A stretch of 64,000 bases of DNA from NCBI RefSeq assembly GCF_018350175.1, contig NC_058368.1, positions 174,656,001 to 174,720,000 on the forward strand, written 5' to 3'. The notes beneath the pieces were generated by a model. It saw only the letters and a program-made list of their open reading frames with translations, had not been told where the DNA came from and made no database searches. The position numbers and the translations under genes are program-made. Source of the stretch: Felis catus. Taxonomy: Eukaryota. Position 1 is the first letter of the stretch; each line of letters opens with the position of its first letter. Shown here piece by piece: positions 1 to 12,686 of this stretch.

Positions 1-139
1 GGCTGATGGCTCAGAGCCTGGAGCCTGTTTCCGATTCTGTGTCTCCCTCTCTCTCTGCCCCTCGCCCGTTCGTGCTCTGTCTCTCTCTGTCCCAAAAATA
101 AATAAACGTTGGAAAAAAAAAATTAAAAAAAAAAAAAAA
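1..139 (+). mobile_element. CanSINE (young feline type), 3' part; truncated by window edge
   Basis: GGCTGATGGCTCAGAGCCTGGAGCC body, (CT)n region, AATAAA and A-rich tail. Confidence 0.95.
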
Positions 140-672
140 CACACCAGACGGTGGGGATTCAAAGCCTGTGACTCCTGTGCTCGCAGCAGAGGGCAGAGGA
201 GAAGGGAGAGGTCTCTGGTGCTTGTCTCCTGCATCTCAGGAAGGATGCTGAACATTTATTTCCAAGTTTGTCACTACTACTGCTTGGCAGGGAGGCTGTG
301 GGCGCATTCTCAGTGAAAATGTGCTAATGGCAGGAGGCCTGGGGCTGTGTTCCTGGGCCCCAGGCTGTACCCCAAACCGGGAGATGCTGGAGTTTACGGG
401 AGCTATAGAAGCGGGAACAGTGCCAATTGAATACAAACATCAGGAATAAGAATCATAAGCACTTAAATCACCCAAAGATTCGGAAGACACTTGCTGGAAG
501 ACTCGCTGTGTCCGTTAAGGAGGCAGGACCAATGTTCTCAGATGCTCTGCGTTTAGGAACAGAGTGCTATTTTCTAAGCGACTCCACGGAGGTCATTTTA
601 AATACAGAAACCGTGTGAGTTGGGCATGGTAGTCGCTGCTCTTTTTCTCGACCCCTTTCTTTTGGCGCTAGA

Positions 673-803
673 AGGGTCACCACGCCCCCCAGGTGGCTGG
701 GCTCAGTCTGGTTTACGCCCCTTGTCCTGGCTTAATCGTTGATATCCCCCTTTCCACTCCCCAGCGGATCCCAGTTTGCAGGATAAATGATATGCTCGCC
801 CTA
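673..803. mobile_element. MER94-like hAT-Blackjack MITE
   Basis: AGGGTCACC...GGTTTACGCC...CCCAGTTTGCAGGATAAATGATATGCTCGCCCT resembles the recalled MER94 consensus, with degenerate TIRs. Confidence 0.65.
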
Positions 804-1269
804 GGTCGCCGTGAGAAGGGGAGACCCACACAACAGGTAAGACCCAGGTTTGCTGGGACATCAGGATGGGTCCAGGGCTGACACCATTCCCATCCACTCC
901 TTCCCCAGGACGGATTTGTGGCCAATGGGGGAGAGAAGCGCTTTGTGCGTGTGCCACTATTTTGTAAAATACATGCTTGGAGCCAGTGGTGGCTGCATAG
1001 ACTAAGTCTGCCCCAGAAGTGGGTGGAAGTGGGTCCGCACATAGAGGAAAACAGAGCTACAGAGAGGGAGAGAGAGGGAACTAACCCTGGGGACATAAGG
1101 GCCCCCTCCATCTATGCGGTCATGCCGGGAACCCTAAAGCACGCAGTGACACGAATCAGCAAGTCTGCTTTCACTTTTTAGGGGATTGAACTTGGATTTC
1201 TGCCGCTCGCCACAGAGAAAAACAAGCCTGAGAAATCTGAAAGAGAACTGACATCTTTCAAGTGTCTTC

Positions 1270-1480
1270 AAAGGCAAGCCCTTGTGCTGAGTACTTTACT
1301 TGGTTTATATCATTTAATCTTGGCAACAGTCACCCCAGACAGGGCTCATTAACCCCCTGGCATAACCGAAAACTCCAAAGTTCAGGCATTGATGACTTCG
1401 TCGAGGTCAAGCCGTAGCCAGGAAGGGCCTCAGCCGGTGGGCTGGTGGTGGACGCAGAGCCCGTGCCTCCTTATCACACC
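1270..1480 (-). mobile_element. MIR fragment
   Basis: TCATTTAATCTTGGCAACA...GATGACTTCGTCGAGGTCA, MIR core in reverse. Confidence 0.6.
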
Positions 1481-1829
1481 ACGTGGATCAGTTTGGCGGG
1501 TGGGAGGCCACACCACCGTTCTCTTGATCTCCCTCTCGGCGCTGTGAGTCCCCGCCCCACAGCCCCGGACCTACACACCCACGCCATCACTTTCATCAGT
1601 GATCTTCTCTTTCTCCGTGAGGAAAGCAACCCACATCCTGACCTTGAACATATCAATGAATACCATTGATCCTCAGCATGGAATGCCACGCAAACCTAAA
1701 GCACAGGATTGCTGTGAACACGGAAATGGTGGAAAAGAAAGTACTTAGGAAACTGCAAAGTGCCATGTCTGGGGCTTGTGTTTTCATCGTTCTCTTAAAT
1801 CGGAGTCGATCTTTCCTGAACAAATTCTT

Positions 1830-2053
1830 TTTTTTTTTTAATTTTTTTTTCAACGTTTATTTATTTTTGGGACAGAGAGAGACAGAGCATGAACGGGGGA
1901 GGGGCAGAGAGAGAGGGAGACACAGAATCGGAAACAGGCTCCAGGCTCTGAGCCATCAGCCCAGAGCCTGACGCGGGGCTCGAACTCCCGGACCGCGAGA
2001 TCGTGACCTGGCTGAAGTCGGACGCTTAACCGACTGCGCCACCCAGGCGCCCC
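1830..2053 (-). mobile_element. CanSINE, young full-length
   Basis: Full body; perfect 16-bp TSD TCCTGAACAAATTCTT at 1814-1829 and 2054-2069. Confidence 0.97.
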
Positions 2054-2099
2054 TCCTGAACAAATTCTTAACTCGCTCTGTGACAGGCAGGTAAATCTG

Positions 2100-2203
2100 T
2101 GTCCCAGGCGGACCCGCCCAGGTCTAAGGGGTTTTCCAGCGCCCGGGACTTTTCAGTGCTAAAAGTGGGAAAGTCCCAGGAAAACCAGAGATCGGTCACC
2201 CTG
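2100..2203. mobile_element. MER81-like hAT-Blackjack MITE
   Basis: GGGACTTTTCAGTGCTAAAAGTGGGAAAGTCCCAGG...GGTCACCCTG matches the recalled MER81 consensus. Confidence 0.7.
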
Positions 2204-2418
2204 CTGGGCACCGACCCGTCACAGGACTACTCACTCGGGCTTAGGGCTCTTTGAGAAGAGGCACCGTATCCTCGTCAACTCTGGGTCCGTCCCCCCTTAC
2301 TTAGCACAGCCCTGGCGTGTGTTGACCTGATCACCAACTCCTGAATAAATGACTTAATAAATGATGCCGACAGTCGTGCGGGTGAGCTGCCATACCTCCT
2401 TTAAAAGGCACTGGCCCA

Positions 2419-2643
2419 GGGCGCCTGGGTGGCGCAGTCGGTTAAGCGCCCGACTTCAGCCAGGTCACGATCTCGCGGTCCGTGGGTTCGAGCCCCGCGT
2501 CGGGCTCTGGGCTGATGGCTCAGAGCCTGGAGCCTGTTTCCGATTCTGTGTCTCCCTCTCTCTCTGCCCCTCCCCCGTTCATGCTCTGTCTCTCTCTGTC
2601 CCAAAAATAAATAAAAAAGTTGAAAAAAAAAAGAAAAAAAAAT
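2419..2643 (+). mobile_element. CanSINE, young full-length
   Basis: GGGCGCCTGGGTGGCGCAG head and A tail; TSD TTAAAAGGC(A/T)CTGGCCCAG. Confidence 0.97.
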
Positions 2644-2774
2644 TTAAAAGGCTCTGGCCCAGAGGCAAGGAGGCTTGAGGGAAGGTTTCACCCGACGCAC
2701 TGAACTTTGGGAAACACTTCAGACACGTGGAAGGCCCCTGGGGAAGATGTTCATTTCCTGGAATTTTCCCCACC

Positions 2775-2815
2775 CTCAACTTAACTGCTGTATGACCTTG
2801 GGCAAGTGACTCCAT

Positions 2816-2855
<40 letters not shown>

Positions 2856-2990
2856 TCAATGACTATACATTGGATACCTATGTGGCCAAGGACTGCTTCC
2901 TTGGTATCCTCGATTATAAAGTGGAATAACAGCCCCTGCTGACAGGGTGAGTACAGGAATTCAATGAGGTCGTGTTTGTGTAGGGCCCAG
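2775..2990 (+). mobile_element. MIR fragment interrupted by (TTTA)n microsatellite (~2814-2853)
   Basis: CTGTATGACCTTGGGCAAGTGAC core; about 10 TTTA units. Confidence 0.65.
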
Positions 2991-4339
2991 AGGAGCAAAG
3001 GTCCAGTCATGCCCTCCATGCCTTCAACTGCATAACAGGGCCTCTTCATGTCCCCTTTTGATATTGCCAATGGCCCCTGTACGAGCTCCCATGAAGCGGT
3101 GCTTGGGCTTCTAGAACCTGCCGTGAGAGAAGGGGAAGACGGGCCTCAAAAGCTCTGGTTTTCAAAATTGCATGGCTCACGCATCGTCACCCGGAGAGGG
3201 AGAAGGGAGCCTGTGCTTCTCACAGCCACCCTAACTGACTATGAAAGATCCAGTCCAGACTTCTGTTTGGATCACATCACATTATCCGCCCACTGAAATG
3301 GGACGGGACAGCCCTGGAGAGGCAGAGGCCTCCCCTCGCCAGCAAGCCATCACTTTATATGGACATCACTCAAGCACTTAGCTTCTGGACTGAGACACAA
3401 TCAAGACAGAGGCAGAGCTCGTAGCTGTCCCGTGGAAAATAAGTATCTGGGGACAGCAGTGATGATCTTAAAGTTGCCCTCCACGTGTGAACACCCAGAG
3501 CCCAAATAATAGGGCTCGTACGCCTTCTAAGGTAGGGATGAGCTGTTGGGAACATAAGTCATTGAATATCTGCTTTATTTTTGAAGCCCACATGGTAAAC
3601 ACTGGAAAGATAAGACACTTTCTCAAGGGCTGGACCAACGTGGCGATCTTAGAGACCCGTGCACTGGGTTCTCCACTCTTTCCAAATCCCCAGCAAAACC
3701 ACCAAAGGATAGAGTAATGTGGGAAACCTATGTAATAATACTAAAAAAATTCTGTTCTCGGGTGAAGACTGATACCCAAATCGTACAGTCTGGGACCGTG
3801 GATACCTTGACAACCAGCTTACCCCCGCAGGGAGTGAGACCTAAGTTGAGTGTGTAGACCAGGAGGAGTAGCTTCCGAACCACAGAAGCCTCCATCCATC
3901 CCACTGCTCTTGTAGGAGGGCACCTGAGAAGAAATTCTCAGGACAGCGAAGACGCAGAAAGGATATCGCCGACACACTCTTCCATACAGAGAACACAAGT
4001 GACACGCTAGCTGACCTAGACCTAAATCAAGATGGGAAACTCGGCTGTGAAATGATGAAAAACAGTGCCTGTGAGTCGCAACGCCAGCAAGTAGCGGGGT
4101 ATCTTGTCAGGGCTGCTCTTTGACGTACACAGTGCCGACCTGAAGGTGTGAAAACGGTGCCGTGAGAGCCCAGAGGAGCACGTGGCATCTCGCGGAGGGA
4201 GCTGGCAGGCATTTGATTTGGGTCTCGACAGATACACAGGGGTAACTAACTTGCTGAGGGGCCAATCGAGGATAGCATTCTCCAGGCAGGCGAGGGGCAA
4301 GACTTCCAAATAGGCCAAGTACACAGAAAATGCTAGTAT

Positions 4340-6755
4340 GAGGACTTCCACTCAGCCTGGAACTGGAACGTAGTTTTCCTGCCACGTTCTCCCAAGACTG
4401 CGCACAAATGTGAGTAAAGGGATTTAAAAACAGACACAAACCTACAAGGATAGAGACAGGGCGAGGAGACAGGAGCGACACGGGGGACGTTTGAAGGCAG
4501 AGAGTTGAGGGATTGCTGACCTAGCAGAAGAGGGCTGAACCCCGTGCTGATGGGGGGGGGACACCTGAGAGCAATGTCAGTCCCACCACAGAACTTCCGG
4601 GAGTTGGTGTCTGAAAGGAGGGAGAAAGGAGAGGCTGAAAGCAAGGATGGAACTAATGTTTTGCAGAGAGAGAAGCTAAACTTGGACCCCTGACCTATCC
4701 CGTGCTGCCAGAGACGTGACACTCACTCATCCTCGCAGGAGGCTGAGGTTTTATCCCCTGGTGGTGTTGAGCCATCACTGGATTCTGGGACTCTAGACGC
4801 AGCTGGGATCAGGGAATTCGATGATCACGGGAATTCGATGAAAATTCACATACCAAATGGTAAGTGATACCTTCTCCACCAGCCAGCCACCTTTCCCATC
4901 TCAGGGCTAAGAATCCTGTCATCCCGATTTCTATAAATTCCAAGTAAGAAAAGGAGGATTAACTGGGAGGAAATAGTCTAGCTTAAGAGAAAAGACCCAC
5001 GCATGGGAAACTATAGTTGTGGAGAGCTGCCTCCTGATGAATTAACTTGGCCAAATCACCCCATCATATGAAGCCCGCCTTTTAACCACCAACCTGTCCT
5101 GTCCATGTACCTAAAGCTTCTAATCCTCTTTCTAGTGCCTCGCTCTGTTATGTTAACGGATTTCTTAGCATCACTAGATGTCTGAGCAGTTCAAGAAGCC
5201 AAACCAACCTACTAACCGACCGACCAACAACAAATAAACAAAAAAACCAAGCAAGAGTGAGAAGTAGACGGAAGCACTTTCGGGGAAGCAAAATACACTC
5301 AGCGAAATAAAACAGATAGCATTTGTGAAACAAGGAGACAAAGTTATAAAACATAGCCGCGAGGAGAAAAACAAAGAGTTCTTGGAAATTAAAGATATGA
5401 CAGAAGAGATTTTAAAAAGCCTGCAGGAAGCTTCAGGAAGGTGATGTGTAAGACCTGTCTCAGAATACAGAACAAGTAGAAAAGGAGATGAAAAAAAAAA
5501 ATAAGAGAACTAATTAAAAATGTACAGAATCCGTCTGGGAGCCCAATATGTAAAAAAAAAAAATAAAGCAAATGGAGAACCGAGGAGAAGAAGTTACCAT
5601 AGAAATGATATAAGAACAGTTCCTAAAACTGGATTCCAATTGATAGCACCCACCAAGTATGCAGCAGAAAAGTAAGAACCGGGGACCCATCGCCTCTTGG
5701 AAATTTTAAGACTACTGGGAGAGATAAAAACCTTGAAGCTGGGGTGGGGTGGGTGAAATGTATTGGTTGTCTACTGAAGATCCGAAATGAGAATGGAACC
5801 AGACTCTTGACAACAGCATGAAAAACAGGGTGGTGCCCTTGAAACTCTATAGGCGCGTGGTGTCCATTCTGCAATCTTACACTCATCCAACAACCAGATG
5901 TGAAGGTAGAGGGACAAAACCCAAAGGCCAGGCACCTTTGTCCAGGAATTAACCGGAAGGTGAGCTCTGCTAAAGTAAGGGAGAAAAACCAAGACAGAGG
6001 GAGACGGGAGATCCAGACAAAGAAAAAAAGGAAAAGGGTCTCCAGGAGAGTGGTGAAAGGGGGACCCAGGACCCAGCCAGGCGGCAGGACCAGACGGCAG
6101 TGGGTTCGGGGTGGGAGCAGGGAGGAAGGGCCACTTGGAGAGATGTCACCATGAAAAGAGGAAGCCGATAAAATCCCTGGTGTGTTTGGATGTACTGAGA
6201 GATCGACACCTCCATCAGAGAGTTTTAGTATGAATTCATGCTAAATTCATAGGTGTTCTAAGAAACAAAGCGTATGAAAAAAACAAGACCGTTCCAGAGA
6301 TATCACATAAGTAGAAAAGAAATACAATCGTACTAGACTCTGCTGTGAGTAATATTTATATGGGCATAATAATGTGTACACAGAATATTTGCTCTCACTA
6401 ACATGTCATTGGGAAGATGCGGGGAGAGAAGGCATATGTTGAAATGAAGGGTGTGTAAGCGAACTAAATCCTCATCACCTTCCATTGGAAGAAGTCCACG
6501 GACAACATCTAAAACGGGAACATCAAGAAATAGGAATAGAAATGCATTGCTCAGAACATGGAAGAAAACGCCAGGAGAAAGAGCTAACCCCATCGTACGA
6601 TCTTTCCCCTGGGAAGCAGAAATGTGGAGAGTCAAGTAGGGAGGACAACGTACTGTTCTTTTTATTTCTTATTTCCCTTTTTTTATACCGTAAGCCTTGT
6701 GATGCTACCGGGCCAGTTAAGCTCTGCGCGATTATAATTTCGGTGAAAAGAAAAG
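4340..6755 (+). mobile_element. HAL1-like (half-L1, ORF1-only) ancient element, near full length, decayed
   Basis: GAGGACTTCC L1-type start; A-rich L1 ORF1-like middle (5300-5950); 3' end TAAGCCTTGTGATGCTA...GTGAAAAGAAAA resembles the recalled HAL1 terminus; no ORF2-like sequence seen. Confidence 0.6.
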
Positions 6756-7962
6756 TCAAAAGACCCCATTCCTTTTTAACTTGATTGGGGCGCAGCTGAT
6801 ATCCCCAAACGCTGCACCCGTCATGTATACAACTCGATGAATGTGGGCACAGGAGGCAAGTTTGGCGTGGCCGGACTTCAGGTTGTAGGGAGAGGAGGAG
6901 CGAGGTTTTGGAAATGAACAAGAGCTTTCCTGTCGTTGGCGGGGAAAATCTGCTTTGATCTTGTCCCCAGGCTGCCACGAGTTCTTCAGATTCCAAATAA
7001 TGTAGCTAGAATGGGTTGAACCGCTGAAAGGGATGGAAAAGTCGCACGCAGACATCAGCGTAGGGTACGTCCAATAGCCGCGAACCCTTTTGATTTCATG
7101 AATTGTGGCAATAACACAGGACTGCTTTTGAAGAAAAAGTTCAAGTCGTACAGAAACTAGAGTGAAGGTCCCCTGTCTCCCGCCCTGGACCCACTGTCAC
7201 CCGGTTAACAATTTAGTGTCTATCATTCCTTTCTTTGTTTCTTTTTTTCTCCCCCCCCACTCAAGTGCTTTTATTTAGAACGCACAGATTCTGTGCTCCA
7301 GATTATCTCAATTTTAGGAAGCGCGCTAAATACGGATGTGGCGATCTGAGACAGAGGTGCGAAACAAGAAGAGGGAGGGGAAGAGATGTTCGTGAGGCTC
7401 GTTCTGGCCTTCCCAGAGCAGGACCAGGGACCGGGCTGGGCTTGTTTCGTGTAGCAAAACTCGGATTCTGTGTCAGCGGCAGAGAGAAAGTGGCACAGAC
7501 ATTCCTCGTTCCTGGGGCTGGCACTCGAAGCGGGAAAACCGTTTCCATGGAGATCGGGACACTAGAGATGCTCTCTGAAATTGCTCCTTGGGGCTCAGCG
7601 ACAAATAGAAACATTAGCATGCAGAGGCCTAAATATAGCTGCATTCAGGGTGATTCATCGAGCCCGAAACTTGGCTGGAATGTGGTTTTGGAACAAATGC
7701 ACCGAGCAGAGACCCAATGGTGTTTTTAATATTTTACAGTGTTTACACTGCCATTAGAGGATGTATCTAATGGAAAATGCAGAAATCCAGGGGCCACTTG
7801 GTTTGATCCTCCTGGATAAGTCACCCTCAGAGTCCCGCCTGGGCATGACAGGGTACAAAAGAGATTTTTCTTTTCTCTTCTTTCCTTTTTCCATTTTTGT
7901 GGTCGGAACGTCCCTTCACCACAGAGCTATCCTTTAAAAGGACCTGATAGAAAAACGTTCTC

Positions 7963-8190
7963 GGGGCGCCTGGGTGGCGCAGTTGGTTAAGCGTCCGACT
8001 TCAGCCAGGTCACGATCTCGCGGTCCGTGGGTTCGAGCCCCGCGTCAGGCTCTGGGCTGATGGCTCAGAGCCTGGAGCCTGTTTCCGGTTCTGTGTCTCC
8101 CTCTCTCTCTGCCCCTCCCCCGGTCATGCTCTGTCTCTCTCTGTCCCCAAAAAATAAATAAACGTTGAAAAAAAATTAAAAAAAAAAAAA
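7963..8190 (+). mobile_element. CanSINE, young full-length
   Basis: TSD AGAAAAA(C/T)GTTCTC at 7949-7962 and 8191-8204. Confidence 0.97.
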
Positions 8191-8359
8191 AGAAAAATGT
8201 TCTCTCCTGTCAGAGAGGGAAACTAGTGCCTGTAATTAGAAGAAAAGTATCTCAGCTTCTACCCCCAGAGTTGCACCTGCAAACTTGCACTCCATCATGA
8301 CTCTGTCAATTCACGGAACAGCTGGGATCCTGCTGGCGACCAGGATGCACCTTCCTAAA

Positions 8360-8800
8360 TTCATCCATTCAGTGATCATCCCCTGTGCCGCGACTGCATT
8401 CCAGGAAGGACACAGCTAGATACAGAAAAAAAAAAAAAAAAAAGACAGCAAAGGTCTCAGGAAGCTTCCGTGTGAGTGCAGGAGACAGATGACAGTCAAT
8501 CAATAGGCAATTTCAGATTGTAATAAATATTACAGAAAAGATAAAACGAGGCAACACCAGACTGGGGGGAAAGTGTAGGGCCTAGAAGGTCCGGGAGGTC
8601 TCTTGGGAGCCTGGCCCTTGGAAGTGAGACCTAAGAACAAGCAGCTCAAGGGAGGAGCTTTTCAGGTACAGGGAACGGCAAGTACGGAGGCTCAGAGGCT
8701 GAACCATGTTTGGTGAGGGAGCAGAGGCGGAGATGAGGTCAGAGGGATAGGCAGGGACCAGGTTCCTAGAGCCTTGCAAGTTGTTCTAAGAAGTCTGATG
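8360..8800 (-). mobile_element. L2 3' fragment
   Basis: ATTCATCCATTCA start followed by purine-rich reverse-L2 sequence. Confidence 0.6.
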
Positions 8801-9224
8801 ACCTTACACAGAAGGCAGGTAAACAATCGCCTTCTGCTACTGGGTCACAGCAACCCCCACGGCCAATAACCTGCCCAGGTATCTGAATGAGAGACTTCCC
8901 TAAGCACTGGGCTTTTTACTGTCCACACACTGTACCTCTTGCAAGAATATAGAATACCTTCTTCCTCTTTTTTTTTTTTTTTTTTTGGTTGCCAAGAAGC
9001 TCATCTCCAGCCTGGTTTTACCTTCTCTCTTATTTTCCTTTCGTCTTAGTTCTTTAGCCTTTTCCATCCCACTGCGCTCTTGAGCCCTTTCGAAACGCAT
9101 CTCAGGCATTTGGGAATGAGAGGCACAGATGGATAAGCATAAATCTGATTCCTCTTCCCACATGACTGACCTTCCTCTTGGCCTGTGGTAATGTTTCCAG
9201 AAGGATTGTGTCTTTGGCGTTCAC

Positions 9225-9316
9225 TGGGGTCGATTGCATTATGACTTTGATGGGCCTTGGGCATTTTTACCTTCATGCATCCCCTCTTTTTTTTTAAAGG
9301 TTTGTTTAAAATTTAT

Positions 9317-9367
<51 letters not shown>

Positions 9368-9632
9368 CAAGCAGCCTCTGCACTGTCAATGTGGAGCTCA
9401 ATGCGGGCTTAAACCCATGAGATCACGACCTGAGCCGAAACCAAGAGTCTGACGCTTAACCGACTGAGCCACTCAGGCACCCCTATCCCCTCCTTCTTAA
9501 AAACTATTTTTAAATGACACTTTATGACTGTATTAGCATAAAGAAAAACATACTAGTATCATATATTAAAACATCGTATTTGGCCCAAAAGTTTGTTTTT
9601 TCCTCTTCTGATTAATAAATCAAAATACTTCT
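9225..9632. mobile_element. hAT-Tip100-like DNA transposon fragment split by a SINE
   Basis: ATGACTTTGATGGGCCTTGGGCATTTTTACCTTC...TTATGACTGTATTAGCATAAAG resembles MER45/MER115-group sequence. Confidence 0.4.
9287..9484 (-). mobile_element. CanSINE (older type) with expanded (AG)n at 9321-9362
   Basis: Reverse SINE head CTGAGCCACTCAGGCACCCC; TSD ATCCCCTC. Confidence 0.9.
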
Positions 9633-9844
9633 GCGGCACCTGGGTGGCTCAGTCGGTTAAGCCTCTGACTTTGGCTCAGGTCATCATCTCGTGAGTTTGA
9701 ACTCCACATCAGGCTCTGTGCCGACAGCTTGGAGCCTGATCCTGATTCAGATTGTGTGTGTGTCTCTCTCTCTGCCCCTCCCCCTCTTGCTTTGTCTCTG
9801 TCTCTGTTTCTGTCTCAAAAGTAAATAAGCATTTAAAAAATTTT
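9633..9844 (+). mobile_element. CanSINE (older type)
   Basis: GGCACCTGGGTGGCTCAGTCGG head, CT region, tail. Confidence 0.92.
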
Positions 9845-9940
9845 GGGGGGGCGCCTGGGTGGCTCAATCAGTTGAGCATCTGACTTCGGCTCAGGTCATG
9901 ATCTCACAGTCTGTGAGTTCGAGCCCCGCGTCGGGCTCCC
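9845..9940 (+). mobile_element. CanSINE 5' half directly after the previous SINE tail
   Basis: GGGGCGCCTGGGTGGCTCAATC...GTTCGAGCCCCGCGTCGGGCTC, then unrelated sequence. Confidence 0.88.
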
Positions 9941-10512
9941 ACCCCACCCTCTTGGGGGGTTGGCTTTGCCCCCACTTTTGGACTTTCCAGGCTAGAGTTA
10001 GAACAGGTCCCTGCAGCCCTCAGAATCAAGGGAACACAAAAGGACGAGCTGACCAAAGAGTCCTCTCGCCTGTCCGCCACTTGGCTTGAGATGAGGGGTC
10101 ATGGAGGCCCAGAGTGGGGCGGGAGGGAGGCACGGCCTTCTGATAGCTCCTTCTAGAGAAGTCTGTCTACAGGTTTCTTCAGCTTCCCAGCTCTTTTCTT
10201 TTGTATTCTAGAGATGAGTGATGAGTTAAAGATCACGAAGACCGTGTCGTGATATGTTAACAAGCCCTGCAAGGGGTCGAGCCCCTCGCTTTGGGCTGTC
10301 GGGGTCCTGGCATCTGTTGTATGGTTCCCTGCCTTTAGGTCTCTGCTGAAGCCCAAGGCACCAGGAAAATCTCATTCAATTTCCTGTTTCCTCACGCCAG
10401 CTTTACGAGTTGACTCAAAATTTTAGCCCGTGATATAAGGACTCTGCTATTGTTCCCATATTACAGATATAGAAACTGAAGCTAAGGGTCTCAGTCCAGT
10501 AGACAGCACAGA

Positions 10513-10723
10513 GGGGCACCTGGGTGGCTCAGTCGGTTAAGCGTCCGACTTCGACTCAGGTCATGATCTCGCGGTCCGTGAGTTCGAGCCCCGCGTCAGG
10601 CTCTGTGCTGACAGCTCGGAGCCTGGAACCTGCTTCAGATTCTGTGTCTCCCTCTCGCTCTCTGCCCCTCCCCCACTCTGTCTCTCTCTCTCAAAAATAA
10701 ATTAACCTTAAAAAAATTAAAGA
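10513..10723 (+). mobile_element. CanSINE following a MIR fragment (~10350-10505)
   Basis: Full SINE body; upstream CCCATATTACAGATATAGAAACTGAAG is MIR core. Confidence 0.93.
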
Positions 10724-11164
10724 AGCGACTTACTTTGAGCTATGACTTTGCTTCCATGAGGAGATAGATACCTTACTATTCCTCTCGAGTCGGGGAAAAG
10801 GCCTCAGTTGCACATCGTTAGCATTTGGAGATGATATCCTGCCATGATAGGTTTCCCAAAATACACAAACATTTTTCTCATTACATTTTTTTTTTTTTTT
10901 TACCAATCAAAACAGCTATCCAGTAAGAGCCTACAATGCTTATATACAATTTAAAAAGTCCTCAAATTCGGAACGGTTGAAAATCTGTTTTAAAGTGCTC
11001 TGCACACGATTATTCAATTAAGATCCTTTCAAACACAAGAGGCAAAGGTGCTTTGGGCTGAGACCACCTTCCCTTTCAGCAGAGTAGGCCTCCTAAGCCA
11101 TTAGAGCGAGATGGCCAGATTTAGAAGCGAACATGCCACACCCACTTAAAACTGAGTTTGCAGC

Positions 11165-11391
11165 GGGGCGCCTGGGTGGCTCAGTCCATCAGGCATCTGA
11201 CTTAGACTCACGTCATGATCTCGCATCTCGTGAGTTCGAGCCCCGCGTCGGGCGCTGTGCTGACCGCTGGGAGCCTGGAGCCTGCTTCGGATTCTGCGTC
11301 TCCCTCTCTCGCTGCCCCTCCCCTGCTCACACTCTTGTCTCTCTCTGTCGCTCAACAACAAATAAACGTTAAAAAAAATAAATAAATAAAT
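11165..11391 (+). mobile_element. CanSINE
   Basis: Full body; TSD AACTGAGTTT. Confidence 0.93.
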
Positions 11392-12686
11392 AACTGAGTT
11401 TTCAGGAAACAGTGAACGAGTTTTGGTGAGAGTATGTTTTGTGCGATATTTGCAGTTTCTGACAATATGCCTTATTAGGGTCCAAGGGGACTTGGGCAAG
11501 GCATCCGGGGGCTGGCCTGCCATTCATAGCTGGGGCTTGGTGTTCTAGTCAACGGACACACGGTTTCTCAGAACATCGCCATCAGACAAGGCCACTCTGT
11601 TCCCATGGCGACTACCAAAGCAAAACCAGGATCCCTCAGGAACCGCGTCTGCACAAGGACAATCCGTGAGCCTTGTCCAAACCTCCAAGTCCCACACACC
11701 CGTGTCACCCTCCTAATAGAAGTGGCTGCCACTGCTTCACCAATGACACAGCTCCTACCTCGCTCTGGTCTGCCCTCCCTAAAGAGACCATTTATTGAGA
11801 TGCCCAATTACCTCCTTACGGCATCTAATTCAGGGCAAAGCCTCACTTCCTTAAGCCCTCCCCGCAAATCTCCTAACACAACCCTAAACCTCTTAAGAAG
11901 TCGCGTCTAACATCCGGGGCTCATTAGCTCTTCAGGCAACCTCAGGGGCTTGATGTTCCTACCTGGTCCTGTGGTTGGCTCTCAGTCTCCAAGAAACAGC
12001 CAGCGAAATGCTCCACTGGAGAGACTCCCGATGAATGGAGATGCTGACCAAACATAACGATGATCAAGCAGCCATCACGGGGATGACTTATTTAGCCAGA
12101 GGAAGAAGCCAGCAAAGAAGAGATAGAGGGTGGTCCCCGGGGCTGGCCTTGTTTCTGCCACGTGGGTCCCCGGCTTCCAGACCCCAAGGTCTGTCTGCGA
12201 CTGGATCCCAAACCACTGCGACGTGGCCTTTCCCACCATCGGGTGAAATGTGAACAGTTCTCAATGCTTTGGCTAACTACCTAATCACTGTTTTTTTTTT
12301 TAAGAGAACATTCTATTATGTTAACCAAACCTCTACTCTGCAATTAACTCTAATCACACAAGCAATTAAATTGGGAGTAAGATTATTTTGCAGCTTAAAG
12401 CTATTTGTGTCGACACTGGGTTTTTCTCTATCTAATTAATTCTTATTTCTTGGTTATAATTGTTATTTAATTAACAGACTTTCCGACTTTACCTGCGGGT
12501 TGGTTTTTGTGGTGGTGGTGGTTGTTGTTGTTGTTGTTGTTTAAACACCCGTCCGTCCCGACACTCACACACCTGAGCACATCGCATCTGCTCCTCTGGA
12601 GCGTCTCAAAGCGGGGACAGAAGCATCGGCCAATTCCGCTGAGCTACTTGGAAGGGAAACCGGGCTTGATTAATTTGTCACTCAAA

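Noticed and set aside
1553..1696. Possible minus-strand exon after TGTGCTTTAG acceptor
   Set aside because: No convincing donor and no recognisable peptide
2419..2500. tRNA-like A/B boxes (and equivalents elsewhere)
   Set aside because: These are the tRNA-derived heads of CanSINEs, not tRNA genes
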